64,000 nt of DNA from Nitrospira sp. (GTDB lineage: Bacteria; Nitrospirota; Nitrospiria; Nitrospirales; Nitrospiraceae): positions 948,015 through 1,012,014 of the forward strand of contig CP092079.1 in assembly GCA_022226955.1 (NCBI GenBank), written 5' to 3'. Within the stretch, counting starts at the first letter, position 1. Each line of letters opens with the position of its first letter. A model generated the notes under the pieces. That model searched no databases and had not been told where the DNA came from. It saw nothing but the letters and a program-made list of their open reading frames with translations. The translations under genes and the position numbers were made by a program. Shown here in pieces: positions 16,345 to 25,604 of this stretch.

Positions 16345-18372
16345 CTAGCGTTTCAGGGTCAACAAGGTATCGAACATCTCGTCGGTTACACGGACCAAGC
16401 GCGCCGCTGCTTCAAAGCCTCGTTGAAACTTGACGAGATTGACCAGCTCCTCATCAATCGAGACTCCCGAGACTTGCGCGCGGAAGGTGTCGATTTGGTC
16501 ACGGAGAATTTGCTGGGCGGTTTGCTCGCGGTCGGCCGTTTGGGCGGAGACCCCGAGATTAGCCGCGGTGCCGCGATAGGCGTCATGCAATGTCGTGTTA
16601 TTCAAACTGGCGAACTGCCGGTATTGGAGCGCCACCAGTTGCAGTAAGGTTGCGTTGTTGCCGGGGATGCCGGCGCGCGTGGAGGAGGCGGCGACGGTGG
16701 CTGGATCCGTCAGAGCGACCGCCAGCTTGCCGGCGTTGTCGCGATAGGAGTTGACTCGAAACACGTCATTCGATGCGGGCGTGCCAGACAGTGTGACACT
16801 GATGCCATCGAAGATAAACGTAGAAGGATCGCTATAGGTTCCGGAAGCCGCAGTGCTGGTTCCTGCTAGCAGGCCAAGGCTGGTTCTGGCATTGCCGCCT
16901 GTCACATTCACTGCGGAGGTGGCGCTGGTTCCGTTGGATGTCAGAACCACTCGATTAGTCGCGGTGTCGAATGTGGCCGAGACCGTTTTTCCTCCAGCTT
17001 GCAAGGTTGCATCGGCATTGATTTTCGCTTGGATTTCCTGGGCGAGCGCCGCGCCGGAGGTATAGGCCTGGCCTGGCGACGCGGCTCCTGTCAGTGTGAT
17101 CGTGCCGGATGCGACTCCGTCGACTGCGACCGTCAATGTGTCGTTCGTTCCGGTGACGATGGAGAACGGCGCAGCACTCGAAGGGGCCGATATCGCGGTG
17201 CCGGTATAATTTCCTCGAATCGTCGCTCCTGTGGTGGCATCGACAATGGAGTAGGTCGTTGGAGAAGTGAACTGAACCTCGTAGTCGTGAAAGGTCAGCA
17301 AGCTATTGGCTGCCACGGTTCCGCCGCCGATCTCCGCCGTGCCCTGGTTCGTGGAGTCCGCCTGCGTCGTCACCGTGGGAGGTGTAAAAAAGTCTCGTCC
17401 GGTGGACCCGTCAAGACCATACCCCTGGCGATGAATCAGATTGACGGCATTCGACAGCGTCGAGGCGATCCGATCGAATTGATCCTGCAACCCCTGCACC
17501 GTGGTGTCCCGCAAGTCGAGCAAAGCGCGAAGCCGTCCGCTAGTGATCTGCCGATCGAGACTGACCGTCCTGGTTCCGCCTGTCGAATAACCGACGTCAA
17601 AGAGCCCTTCATTATCCGCCGAGGCCACCGCGGCCAGGTCGCGATGCGTGTCGCCCTCTACGACCACCTGTCCACGGGCCGCAAAGACCGTGAGTCCGCC
17701 CGTCCCATTTTCAATGCTGGTGATATCGATGCGCTGGGCGAGTTGATTCAGCGCGAGCTGACGTTGGTCTCTGAGGTCGTTGGCATTTTGCCCGGTCACT
17801 TCCGCCGTCACGATCTTCCCGTTCAGTTCGGCTAATTGCGTCGTCAGACTATTGATTTCTGTAATGGTTTGGGAAACCTGAAAATTCAACGACGCGCGGG
17901 CGTTCGTAAGATCTGAGGCCGCTTGATTCAGACTCGCCGTCAGTTGAGCCGCTTTTCCCAGCAAGACCGACCGCGCCGCCGACTCGCCAGGCGAGGTCGA
18001 GACATCCTGCAATCCTTGGAAAAACTCGCTGAGGGCGGCCCCGATGCCTTGATCGTTACTGTCGCCAAAGATGTTTTGCAGGCGAAAGAGTTCGTCGCGA
18101 GAGACGGAAAGACGCCCGAGCGTTTGATCGGAGACCGTGAGCTGTTGCTCGACGAAGCGATCGACATGGCGCCGGATCGAGGTGGCCTGCACGCCGGTTC
18201 CCGTCATGCCGGGCTGGCCATTGATCGGCGGCCGCTCCGTCAACACCGCTTCCTGCCGCGAATACCCTGGCGTGTTGACGTTGGAGATGTTGTGTCCACT
18301 GACTGACAGCGCTTGCTGAGCGGTGTTCAGGGCGGTTCGAGCGATGTCAAAGAGTGAATTGAGGCCGACCAT
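16345..18372 (-). CDS. flgK: Hook-associated protein FlgK (HAP1)
   Basis: GHNISNVNTPGYSRQ; SGVSIDEELVNLVKFQRGFEAAAR. Confidence 0.95.
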   Translation of the reverse strand: MVGLNSLFDIARTALNTAQQALSVSGHNISNVNTPGYSRQEAVLTERPPINGQPGMTGTGVQATSIRRHVDRFVEQQLTVSDQTLGRLSVSRDELFRLQNIFGDSNDQGIGAALSEFFQGLQDVSTSPGESAARSVLLGKAAQLTASLNQAASDLTNARASLNFQVSQTITEINSLTTQLAELNGKIVTAEVTGQNANDLRDQRQLALNQLAQRIDITSIENGTGGLTVFAARGQVVVEGDTHRDLAAVASADNEGLFDVGYSTGGTRTVSLDRQITSGRLRALLDLRDTTVQGLQDQFDRIASTLSNAVNLIHRQGYGLDGSTGRDFFTPPTVTTQADSTNQGTAEIGGGTVAANSLLTFHDYEVQFTSPTTYSIVDATTGATIRGNYTGTAISAPSSAAPFSIVTGTNDTLTVAVDGVASGTITLTGAASPGQAYTSGAALAQEIQAKINADATLQAGGKTVSATFDTATNRVVLTSNGTSATSAVNVTGGNARTSLGLLAGTSTAASGTYSDPSTFIFDGISVTLSGTPASNDVFRVNSYRDNAGKLAVALTDPATVAASSTRAGIPGNNATLLQLVALQYRQFASLNNTTLHDAYRGTAANLGVSAQTADREQTAQQILRDQIDTFRAQVSGVSIDEELVNLVKFQRGFEAAARLVRVTDEMFDTLLTLKR

Positions 18373-18375
18373 GGG

Positions 18376-18918
18376 CTATCCCTGCTGGTAGAGGACCGCG
18401 GATAACGAGTGTGCGAGCGCGGGCTTTCCCGTCCTATTGTATGCGTTGCCGTCTGCCAGGGCGGAGGCTCCCGCAGTCAAGGCATGCTCGACAAACCCAC
18501 GAATCCCGTCGATGAGCACCACGTTCTGCTTAATCTCTTCACGCACATGTTTGGCGAGAACCATGAGCGTGCCGTGATGACGGCGAACGACCGTGGACTC
18601 CGGACCATGCCAGCGATCCAGCAGGGCGTGCATCGACAAGGACACATCGGGCAACGACAGCGCGGCGGCAATCCGGCCGGCAGCCTGATCGCGCGCCTCC
18701 CCAATCGACTGGAGTTGCTCAAGGATCGCAAGGCGGCGCACATTGATAGGGTGGAAGTCGCCGATCGCGAGAGCTTTGATGGCGTGCCGTTCCGCCTCGA
18801 CCGTTTCAAGAAGGGACTGGCAGCAGGCCAGCTCTCGGAGAAGAATCGTCTCTAATTGTGCCGATAGTGCCGTTGAAACCGACAGCATACGCGCTCCCTG
18901 CGAACTTGCTTCGGACAT
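18376..18918 (-). CDS. flgN: Flagellar export chaperone FlgN
   Basis: Helical protein between flgM and flgK, ending N..LI...YNRTG. Confidence 0.8.
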   Translation of the reverse strand: MSEASSQGARMLSVSTALSAQLETILLRELACCQSLLETVEAERHAIKALAIGDFHPINVRRLAILEQLQSIGEARDQAAGRIAAALSLPDVSLSMHALLDRWHGPESTVVRRHHGTLMVLAKHVREEIKQNVVLIDGIRGFVEHALTAGASALADGNAYNRTGKPALAHSLSAVLYQQG

Positions 18919-18968
18919 AACGCGGCCATCCTGGCCGCGCGATTATGATAGACCCTGCCAGATACGGC

Positions 18969-19274
18969 TTACAGCACCGTATCGGTCAACACTTGCTTGA
19001 TCAGTGCGTCCCCGACTTTGCGGCCGCTGACATCGTACGTGCCGTTTTCGATGGCGCTTTTAATCTGATCGACCCGAGCGGCTCGTTCATGATCGGGCGT
19101 CTGGCCCAGCGCACGAATGCGCTGCAGTTCTTTGGCCTGGTCTGAAATCTGGACCCGGTCATTCCCCGCCTCTTTCGGAGACGGCTGCCGTTCTGTCGAT
19201 GGCCCTTTCGTCTCCTGTGTCCCAAGGAGGATTTTGGCCAGTTGATCGGAACGACCTGAACCTGAGATCTGCAT
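18969..19274 (-). CDS. flgM: Anti-sigma28 factor FlgM
   Basis: DRVQIS, RAARVDQIKSAIENGTY.V...KVGDAL. Confidence 0.93.
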   Translation of the reverse strand: MQISGSGRSDQLAKILLGTQETKGPSTERQPSPKEAGNDRVQISDQAKELQRIRALGQTPDHERAARVDQIKSAIENGTYDVSGRKVGDALIKQVLTDTVL

Positions 19275-19353
19275 ATCACGCTCCTTCTTCTGAGAAACGG
19301 TTGAGCCAACCTGGGGTTTGCCCTCTCGGTTGCTTCAAACCCTGTCGCACACG

Positions 19354-19381
19354 TTATCGGTGTTCATCGTCCGAAACTTTA
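19354..19381 (-). promoter_or_regulatory. sigma28-type promoter of flgM-flgN, overlapping the flgJ 3' end
   Basis: TAAAGTTT-N12-ACCGATAA; the TAA of the -10 element is the flgJ stop codon. Confidence 0.7.
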
Positions 19382-19722
19382 GCCGTTGGCGGATAATTTT
19401 TATCAATATATTCTTTCACCATTTGAGTAATCCCGATGCCTCCCGATTCAGAGGCCCGATTGCCAATTTCTTGGTCGTAAAAAGAATAAAAGTACGAGCC
19501 CATCTTTCCCGACATCTCGGATTCGTGGACGGTCTCCCTCATGACCTTCATCAGGTACGAGACGAAAAAGGCTTCATATTGTTTGGCGGCCTTCAGCAGC
19601 TCTCTCTGATCGCCAAGACGGCTCTGCGCGTTCACTGCGTTCACCGCGCCCTGATCTCCCAGTGGATTGGTGAAGATTGGAGAAGATAGAAATTGCGCCT
19701 GAGTCGAATCATGAATGTTCAT
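19354..19722 (-). CDS. flgJ: Short rod-binding FlgJ (no muramidase domain)
   Basis: LLKAAKQYEAFFVSYLMKVMRETV...YDQEI...GGIGITQMV; start uncertain (19722 or 19740). Confidence 0.85.
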   Translation of the reverse strand: MNIHDSTQAQFLSSPIFTNPLGDQGAVNAVNAQSRLGDQRELLKAAKQYEAFFVSYLMKVMRETVHESEMSGKMGSYFYSFYDQEIGNRASESGGIGITQMVKEYIDKNYPPTAKVSDDEHR

Positions 19723-19759
19723 TGGAAACCCCATGTGCATCGTCGCATCAGTGCCGCTC

Positions 19760-20902
19760 TTAGATAATCTCAAGATTCGCCTGGAGCGCCCCTGCCGCTC
19801 GAAGCGCGGAAAGAATCGAGACCAAATCCCTGGGCGTGACGCCAACCGCGTTCAGCGCTCGGACCACTTCCCCCAAGGTCACCGTTTCGTCCACAACGAT
19901 CAAACGGGATTCTTGCTCCTTTACCTCGGTCTGCACATCTTCGGTCACCGTCGCCGGTTGCGTGCTTCCCGATCCGATCAGCGGCGCATTCGGCTGAGAG
20001 ACGCTCACCGTATTTTTTACAGAAATTGTCAGGTTGCCATGAGAAATGGCACAGGTCGAGATCCGCACATGTTCGCCAAGCACCACCGTGCCGGTCCGTT
20101 CGTTCACCACCACTTTGGCCACCATATCGACCGAGACATCAAGCCCTTCGATCGACGCGATATATTCGACAACGCGGCCATGGAAGTTTGTAGGAATAGT
20201 AGCTCGCACATGACCGGCATTGACAGGGAGCGCGCTGCCTTTTCCAAACACTCCATCGATGGCTTCAGCGGTCCGAATGGCCGTGGTGAAATCCGGTTGC
20301 CGCAACATGACCGACACGGTATCCCAGGCATCGATATTGACGACTAACTCTTTTTCGATAATCGCTCCCCCCGGCACCACCCCGGCAGCCTGATGGTTCT
20401 TCGTGATCGTCGCGCCGCCCGCCCCGCCGGTTCCGCCGAGAAATCCTCCCACCGAGACCGGTCCTTGCGCCACAGCAAACACCTGCTGATTAGCCGCTTT
20501 AAGCGGTGTCAGCAAGAGCGTTCCCCCTTGCAGGCTTTTCGCATTGGCCATCGACGAGACGACGACATCGAGGCTTTGGCCAGGCTTGGCGAACGGAGGA
20601 AGCTTGGTGGTGACCATCACGGACGCAAGGTTTTTCGTGAGCAGCTGGATCGGGTCGATAACCAGATTGATCCCCATCTTATTCAACATGGACATCATGG
20701 CTTGAATCGTAAATTGGCCGCCGATGACCTGATCGCCGGTTCGATCGAGCCCGACCACCAGTCCATATCCAATGAGCTGGTTTTCACGAACGCCTTCAAT
20801 CGCCCCGATGTCCTTGATCCTGACCGCTTCCGCGGTGAGCGGCAGGCAGAAGAATCCAATGAGCGCTCCGACCATCCAGGGCTTGATATGCCGTGTATTC
20901 AT
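19760..20902 (-). CDS. flgI: Flagellar P-ring protein FlgI
   Basis: RIKDIG...RENQLIGYGLVVGL, AKSLQGGTLLLTPL, AGALQANLEII. Confidence 0.96.
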   Translation of the reverse strand: MNTRHIKPWMVGALIGFFCLPLTAEAVRIKDIGAIEGVRENQLIGYGLVVGLDRTGDQVIGGQFTIQAMMSMLNKMGINLVIDPIQLLTKNLASVMVTTKLPPFAKPGQSLDVVVSSMANAKSLQGGTLLLTPLKAANQQVFAVAQGPVSVGGFLGGTGGAGGATITKNHQAAGVVPGGAIIEKELVVNIDAWDTVSVMLRQPDFTTAIRTAEAIDGVFGKGSALPVNAGHVRATIPTNFHGRVVEYIASIEGLDVSVDMVAKVVVNERTGTVVLGEHVRISTCAISHGNLTISVKNTVSVSQPNAPLIGSGSTQPATVTEDVQTEVKEQESRLIVVDETVTLGEVVRALNAVGVTPRDLVSILSALRAAGALQANLEII

Positions 20903-20923
20903 TGGTGCAGCGGTCCCCTTATC

Positions 20924-21190
20924 TTACAACTTGTGTGCGGATTGAATGGACGACTTGCGGCCTAAGAGCATTCGAGAGATCCATCCCTGTTCCGAAGCCG
21001 CCTCTTGCGGAACCATGATGCGATGTTTCTCATGGTGCCAATACCCTATTCGACTGGGGTCTTGAGGCGGATCCAAGTCCGCGCGCCGCACGACGCCGCT
21101 CATCACCATCATTTGCAACGACTGAAGCGACACCGCACTGCGCCAGGGCAACGGTTTCACCGAAGCTTTCCGTTTGATCATCGTGTTCAT
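20924..21190 (-). CDS. Hypothetical 88-aa basic protein between flgH and flgI
   Basis: ORF MNTMIKRK... with RBS AAGGA fills the flgH-flgI gap exactly (14 and 21 bp spacers). Confidence 0.5.
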   Translation of the reverse strand: MNTMIKRKASVKPLPWRSAVSLQSLQMMVMSGVVRRADLDPPQDPSRIGYWHHEKHRIMVPQEAASEQGWISRMLLGRKSSIQSAHKL

Positions 21191-21204
21191 AACAAACGTC
21201 CTTG

Positions 21205-21906
21205 TTAGAATGGATAGACCCAATCGAGAATGCGAACCAGCCACCCCGGCCGTTGCACATCGTCCAGAACTCCCAACCCGGAGTATTCGATTTTTGCATC
21301 GGCGATAGCCGACGACAGGACCGTATTTTTGGTATCGACATCCACTCGCCGCACGATGCCGGCAATCGTCATCAATTGCTTTTCACTGTTGACCGTTACT
21401 TCTCGCCGCCCTTCGACGCGCAAATCGCCATTCGGCAGCACTTCGACGACAATCACCGAAATCGTGCCGGTTAACGTGCCCTCCCGGTTAGTGGCGCCTT
21501 TTCCGCTGAATTTATTGCTGGCCGACGCATCGATCCCGAGTCCCCGCCTGGCTTCGTCGCTGATCCTGAACCCAGGAACTCCGAAATAGCCCACTCCCGA
21601 TCCTGCCATCGAATTCGACAGCGTCGAATCGCGTTGCGCCGCGGTATCCGCCGACTTCGACCCTTTGTGCTTTTCCACAATCTTCACGGTGAGGATATCT
21701 CCCACTCGCATGGCGCGCAGATCTTCGTAGAGATAAGCCCGGCCATTCTCTTCTTGCCACAACGATCCAATCGTTTTGGGCGGAGGCAGCGAGGGCACTG
21801 TCACCTTCGTCGACGGCGAGGGCGTCTGAGTCAGACTGCATGCGCCCAACAGCATGCAGCCTGCGACCATGCCCCATGTGCGGACCTGTCTTGTGTCCAT
21901 GTGCAA
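21205..21906 (-). CDS. flgH: Flagellar L-ring lipoprotein FlgH
   Basis: Lipobox LLGAC; LYEDLRA..VGDILTV, LPNGDL.VEGRREV. Confidence 0.95.
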   Translation of the reverse strand: MHMDTRQVRTWGMVAGCMLLGACSLTQTPSPSTKVTVPSLPPPKTIGSLWQEENGRAYLYEDLRAMRVGDILTVKIVEKHKGSKSADTAAQRDSTLSNSMAGSGVGYFGVPGFRISDEARRGLGIDASASNKFSGKGATNREGTLTGTISVIVVEVLPNGDLRVEGRREVTVNSEKQLMTIAGIVRRVDVDTKNTVLSSAIADAKIEYSGLGVLDDVQRPGWLVRILDWVYPF

Positions 21907-21908
21907 TC

Positions 21909-22709
21909 CTAAAACTCCACCTGCACGAGGCCAGGCGCGACAATCTTCGCGCGCAGTTCTCGCCCTGAATCGAGGTTCGCGACCATCACAGTCTCGCCAA
22001 CTTGCCCGCTTCCCTTTGTCACGCCCGATGTTTGGACGGAAAAGTTTCCGCGCCGCGCTTCAATCATCACGTGATCGCCTTTTTTCACCATGAACGGCTT
22101 TTTCAAAAACGTTGGACGCAACGGAGTGTTTGGCTGCAACGGACGCACGGTGCTCTTTCCAATCGCAGCTTCTGCGTCTGTGATGAACGGATGTTTCACA
22201 TCGTAGGTAACGATCCGCGCGATCGTCAGATCGTCCGGCGCAATCGTTTCCTCCGACTTCAAGAACCGCGACGGCACGACCACATCGATCATGGCGGAAA
22301 TATCGGCCAGCGCCTCGATGGTCTTCCAGGGATTCCCATTGACCGTGACGTGAATCGCAAAGCTTCTTCTCCCCATGGTCGTCGAACCTCCGGCCACAGA
22401 AGGAATCTGCAATTCGATCACGCCCGAGGGAATCTTGACCGGATCCAAGGGCTCCAGCAGCGTGACCTGCACCGCTTTCACCCGAGCGCCCCATTCTCCT
22501 TCGAGATACTTCTGAATGGTTTTTTGGATTTGCTCAAAATGCAGCTCTCGCATTGCCGGCTTGGCCGAGTCCAGCTTGCCGAGAGCCGGCCCATTGGTCC
22601 CATGTGCGCCCATCGATATCGGCTTCGCCAGCTTCTCCGAGGCGGCGGCAGCCGAGCTGGCCCAAACGGCAAGCATGCAGGCGGCAAGTATGATGCGAAG
22701 AGTAGTCAT
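21909..22709 (-). CDS. flgA: P-ring assembly chaperone FlgA
   Basis: Signal peptide, SAF domain, VKKGDHV...G..GETVMVANLDSGR. Confidence 0.9.
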   Translation of the reverse strand: MTTLRIILAACMLAVWASSAAAASEKLAKPISMGAHGTNGPALGKLDSAKPAMRELHFEQIQKTIQKYLEGEWGARVKAVQVTLLEPLDPVKIPSGVIELQIPSVAGGSTTMGRRSFAIHVTVNGNPWKTIEALADISAMIDVVVPSRFLKSEETIAPDDLTIARIVTYDVKHPFITDAEAAIGKSTVRPLQPNTPLRPTFLKKPFMVKKGDHVMIEARRGNFSVQTSGVTKGSGQVGETVMVANLDSGRELRAKIVAPGLVQVEF

Positions 22710-22719
22710 GAATCGTTCC

Positions 22720-23511
22720 TTATCGTCTGAGATTGTTCGCGATGGACATCATCTCGTCAGACGCTTGAATCGTTTTCGAGTTAATCTCATAGCTCCGCTG
22801 CGCAATGATCATGTTGACCATTTCTTCAGCCAAATTGACGTTCGAACTTTCCAAGAACCCCTGCTGAATGGTCCCGAATCCGGTCGAGAATCCGCCGGTC
22901 CCTTGCGTCGGAGGGCCTGAGGCAAAGCTGTCGATGAATAAATTGTTTCCCATGGCCACAAGTCCGGCCGGATTGTCGAATCGCGTCAATTGAATTTGGC
23001 CAACCTGAGACGCCTGCGTCACACCAGGCAGCAACACAGAGACCGTCCCATCCTGGCCGATATCCATTTTCAATGCGCCGGAGGGAATGGTAATGACGGG
23101 GTTCAACAAATCGCCGTCGCCGGTGACCAGGTTGCCGACGTTATCGCGTTTGAATGACCCGTTCCTGGTGTACATGATCGTGCCGTCAGGCCGGGAGACC
23201 TGAAAGAATCCTGGTCCATCGATCGCGATATCCAGATCGTTGTTAGTCTGGCGCATGTTGCCCTGGAGCCATTCCTTCGAGACGGTTGTGGGGCGGACTC
23301 CGGCGCCGACCTGAATGCCCACCGGAAACACGCCGACGTTGGAGGCGCTGGTGCCAGGCAAGCGTTGAATCTGGTAAAGCAAATCGGCGAACTCGGCCCG
23401 GCTGCGCTTGAACGAGTTGGTGTTGACGTTGGCCAGGTTATGGGCCACGGTGTCCACGTTGATCTGTTGCGCCGTCATGCCAGTGGCGGCTGTCCACATT
23501 GCCCGAATCAT
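22720..23511 (-). CDS. flgG: Distal rod protein FlgG
   Basis: MIRAMWTAATGM...AHNLANVNT..FK; LESSNVNLAEEMVNMIIAQRSYE. Confidence 0.96.
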   Translation of the reverse strand: MIRAMWTAATGMTAQQINVDTVAHNLANVNTNSFKRSRAEFADLLYQIQRLPGTSASNVGVFPVGIQVGAGVRPTTVSKEWLQGNMRQTNNDLDIAIDGPGFFQVSRPDGTIMYTRNGSFKRDNVGNLVTGDGDLLNPVITIPSGALKMDIGQDGTVSVLLPGVTQASQVGQIQLTRFDNPAGLVAMGNNLFIDSFASGPPTQGTGGFSTGFGTIQQGFLESSNVNLAEEMVNMIIAQRSYEINSKTIQASDEMMSIANNLRR

Positions 23512-23520
23512 AATTGCCTC

Positions 23521-24291
23521 CTACGCCACTCGGCCGACTTCTTGAATGGCCGTTTCCGCCATCCTGTCCAGCGTTTGAATCAACTTTTGAGCGGACTCGT
23601 ATCCGCGCATGCCCTCGATCATCTTGACCATCTCGCCAATGGAATTGACGTTGGAGTCTTCGATGTGCCCAACCTGCACTTGAGCCGCTTTCGCGGGAAA
23701 GCCCTTGTCGGAAATGAACATCCCTTCCGCATATTTTTTCGGCATGTCGGTATCGGGAAAATCCATAACCTTGATGGTGCCGACCGGATTGCCATCGACT
23801 TTGATTTCGCCCTGCGTGGAAATATCCATTTTTCCGACAGGGATTTTCAGCTCTCCCTTTGTCCCCATCACTGGATAGCCGAGATTCGTGACGAGCCGGC
23901 GCTGATTGTCGAGGGACAACATGCCATTGCGGGTAAAGCGCGTACCCTGAGGGGTTTTGACTTCCAAGAACCCTCGGCCTTGGATGGCAACATCGAGAGG
24001 ATTGCCGGTCAGGCGAATCCGTCCGGCATCGTACGTCGTCTTGACCGCATTCGGGGCCGCATACACCCGCTCCGTCGGACCGAATGGTTTCGCCACGATT
24101 TGATTGGCGAGCGACACGGTGCCAGGCGTCGCGGGAATGGCAAAGTGCGCCTTGGGAAGCACGGCTTTGAAGGTCTGCTCATCCTGCTTAAACCCGGCCG
24201 TATTCACATTCGCCATGTTGTTCGCGAAGACTTGCATCCGGCGTTCATGCGCCAGCGCGCCTGAGAGAATTGGGTAGATGCCTCGATTCAC
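23521..24291 (-). CDS. flgF: Proximal rod protein FlgF
   Basis: ANNMANVNTAGFK, TGNPLDVAIQG, EDSNVN...R.YE; precedes flgG. Confidence 0.9.
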   Translation of the reverse strand: MNRGIYPILSGALAHERRMQVFANNMANVNTAGFKQDEQTFKAVLPKAHFAIPATPGTVSLANQIVAKPFGPTERVYAAPNAVKTTYDAGRIRLTGNPLDVAIQGRGFLEVKTPQGTRFTRNGMLSLDNQRRLVTNLGYPVMGTKGELKIPVGKMDISTQGEIKVDGNPVGTIKVMDFPDTDMPKKYAEGMFISDKGFPAKAAQVQVGHIEDSNVNSIGEMVKMIEGMRGYESAQKLIQTLDRMAETAIQEVGRVA

Positions 24292-24338
24292 AGGCTGATC
24301 TCCTTAATCGTTCAATCGTTTGCCTCGCAAGAACAGAC

Positions 24339-24354
24339 AGCAACCTGCATGCCA
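24339..24354 (-). promoter_or_regulatory. sigma54 promoter of the flgFGAH... operon
   Basis: TGGCATGCAGGTTGCT, exact GG-N10-GC. Confidence 0.85.
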
Positions 24355-24425
24355 GAGCGCGGCATTCATCCGGCGCAGGCCTGTTCGCTACGCGCAACGG
24401 GAAATACAGAGGAATATGACGGGGT

Positions 24426-24439
24426 GTCAATTATCCGAC
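24426..24439. promoter_or_regulatory. Candidate FleQ-type enhancer box upstream of flgF
   Basis: GTCA-ATTATC-CGAC, about 75-85 bp upstream of the -24 element. Confidence 0.45.
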
Positions 24440-24515
24440 GGGATGGCGGAACGAACAGGAACCACTCCCCGCTCATTCGACCGGCGAATAGTTCCCAGGG
24501 AGTGGAAGAAGTTGC

Positions 24516-25442
24516 CTAGCGCAGCAGGGATTCGCTTGCAGCCTGATGTGCGGACGCAGACGCTGTGCTGGGAGTGTCGCTGAGGGAATCGAAGAAGCGA
24601 ACGGGGTTCTCAGAAGTCGCAAGGGCCAGGGCTTTCACGGCCTGGCTCAGCAGGTTTTCTCCCGATGCGGTGGAGGTGGTCGACATGACTCCGCCGATCT
24701 GACAGGTCAACAGCACTTCCTGCCCTTCGATCATCAGAGGCAGCGACATCGTGCGGTAAATATTCTGCGCGAGCGTATCGATCTGATCCCGCGTCGCCAC
24801 GTTTTCAATCAGAATCGCAAACCGCCGATCGCCGATCCTCGCAACCGTATTGTGCGACGGCACCGCGCTCTTGATGCGGGCGGCTTGCACTCGCACGACC
24901 AGCGATATATTGGCGGCGGCTTCCGAGGCTGGAAGCGGACGAAACTGATGCAGGTCCGCGACCAGCACGCCGATGCTGCGGCCCATGTTCGAGGCTCGCG
25001 TCAGCCCTTGTTCGAGAAGCACCGTGAGCAGGCGCAATGTCGGCAAACCAGTCACGTGGTCGTAGGCCGCCAGGCTTTCTTCGTGAGGCTGAACTTTCAC
25101 TTGCTGAGTAAACGGCCACAACCATACGCCTGCAAGGCTGAGACTCACGCTGATGAAGAATCCTATTCCGCCGGCGAGTAATTCTGGCGTGGCAAGCGCG
25201 GCACTGCTGCCCATGCCAAGCGAGGTTCTCACCGGCAGACTCATCAACCAGTAGGCCGCCAAAAGACCGGCCGCGAGGGCCAGCGTAAAACAGCCCATGG
25301 ATTTCGTGCGAGATAATGCGCCGGCTCTTGAACGAGAGCGGCTCAAGCGGGAAAGTCCAAGCGTGAATGGCCCGCGGTATCCGACAGGCGATGTGAGGGC
25401 TTGTGAATTCATTGCTGTATGTTGTTCTCTATCCATGAGCAA
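24516..25442 (-). CDS. Membrane protein with a degenerate GGDEF domain
   Basis: Two hydrophobic helices, then DHVTGLPT, ADLHQF, ARIGDRRFAIL, LTCQIG (GGDEF fold, signature lost); start may be 25434 or 25413. Confidence 0.75.
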   Translation of the reverse strand: MLMDREQHTAMNSQALTSPVGYRGPFTLGLSRLSRSRSRAGALSRTKSMGCFTLALAAGLLAAYWLMSLPVRTSLGMGSSAALATPELLAGGIGFFISVSLSLAGVWLWPFTQQVKVQPHEESLAAYDHVTGLPTLRLLTVLLEQGLTRASNMGRSIGVLVADLHQFRPLPASEAAANISLVVRVQAARIKSAVPSHNTVARIGDRRFAILIENVATRDQIDTLAQNIYRTMSLPLMIEGQEVLLTCQIGGVMSTTSTASGENLLSQAVKALALATSENPVRFFDSLSDTPSTASASAHQAASESLLR

Positions 25443-25604
25443 GAGGCGGACGCATCTTTCTAAGTGATGCCTCTGTCTCGGCTAGTTAGAGAGAGAACTG
25501 AAGTGAGTACAGGAGAAGCGGTCAATCCGACACAAACCGCCAGGAACATTCACGGTGAGACCTGCCAGGCAAGTCAGCCTCACCAAGCCGAGGTGTGCCA
25601 AACT

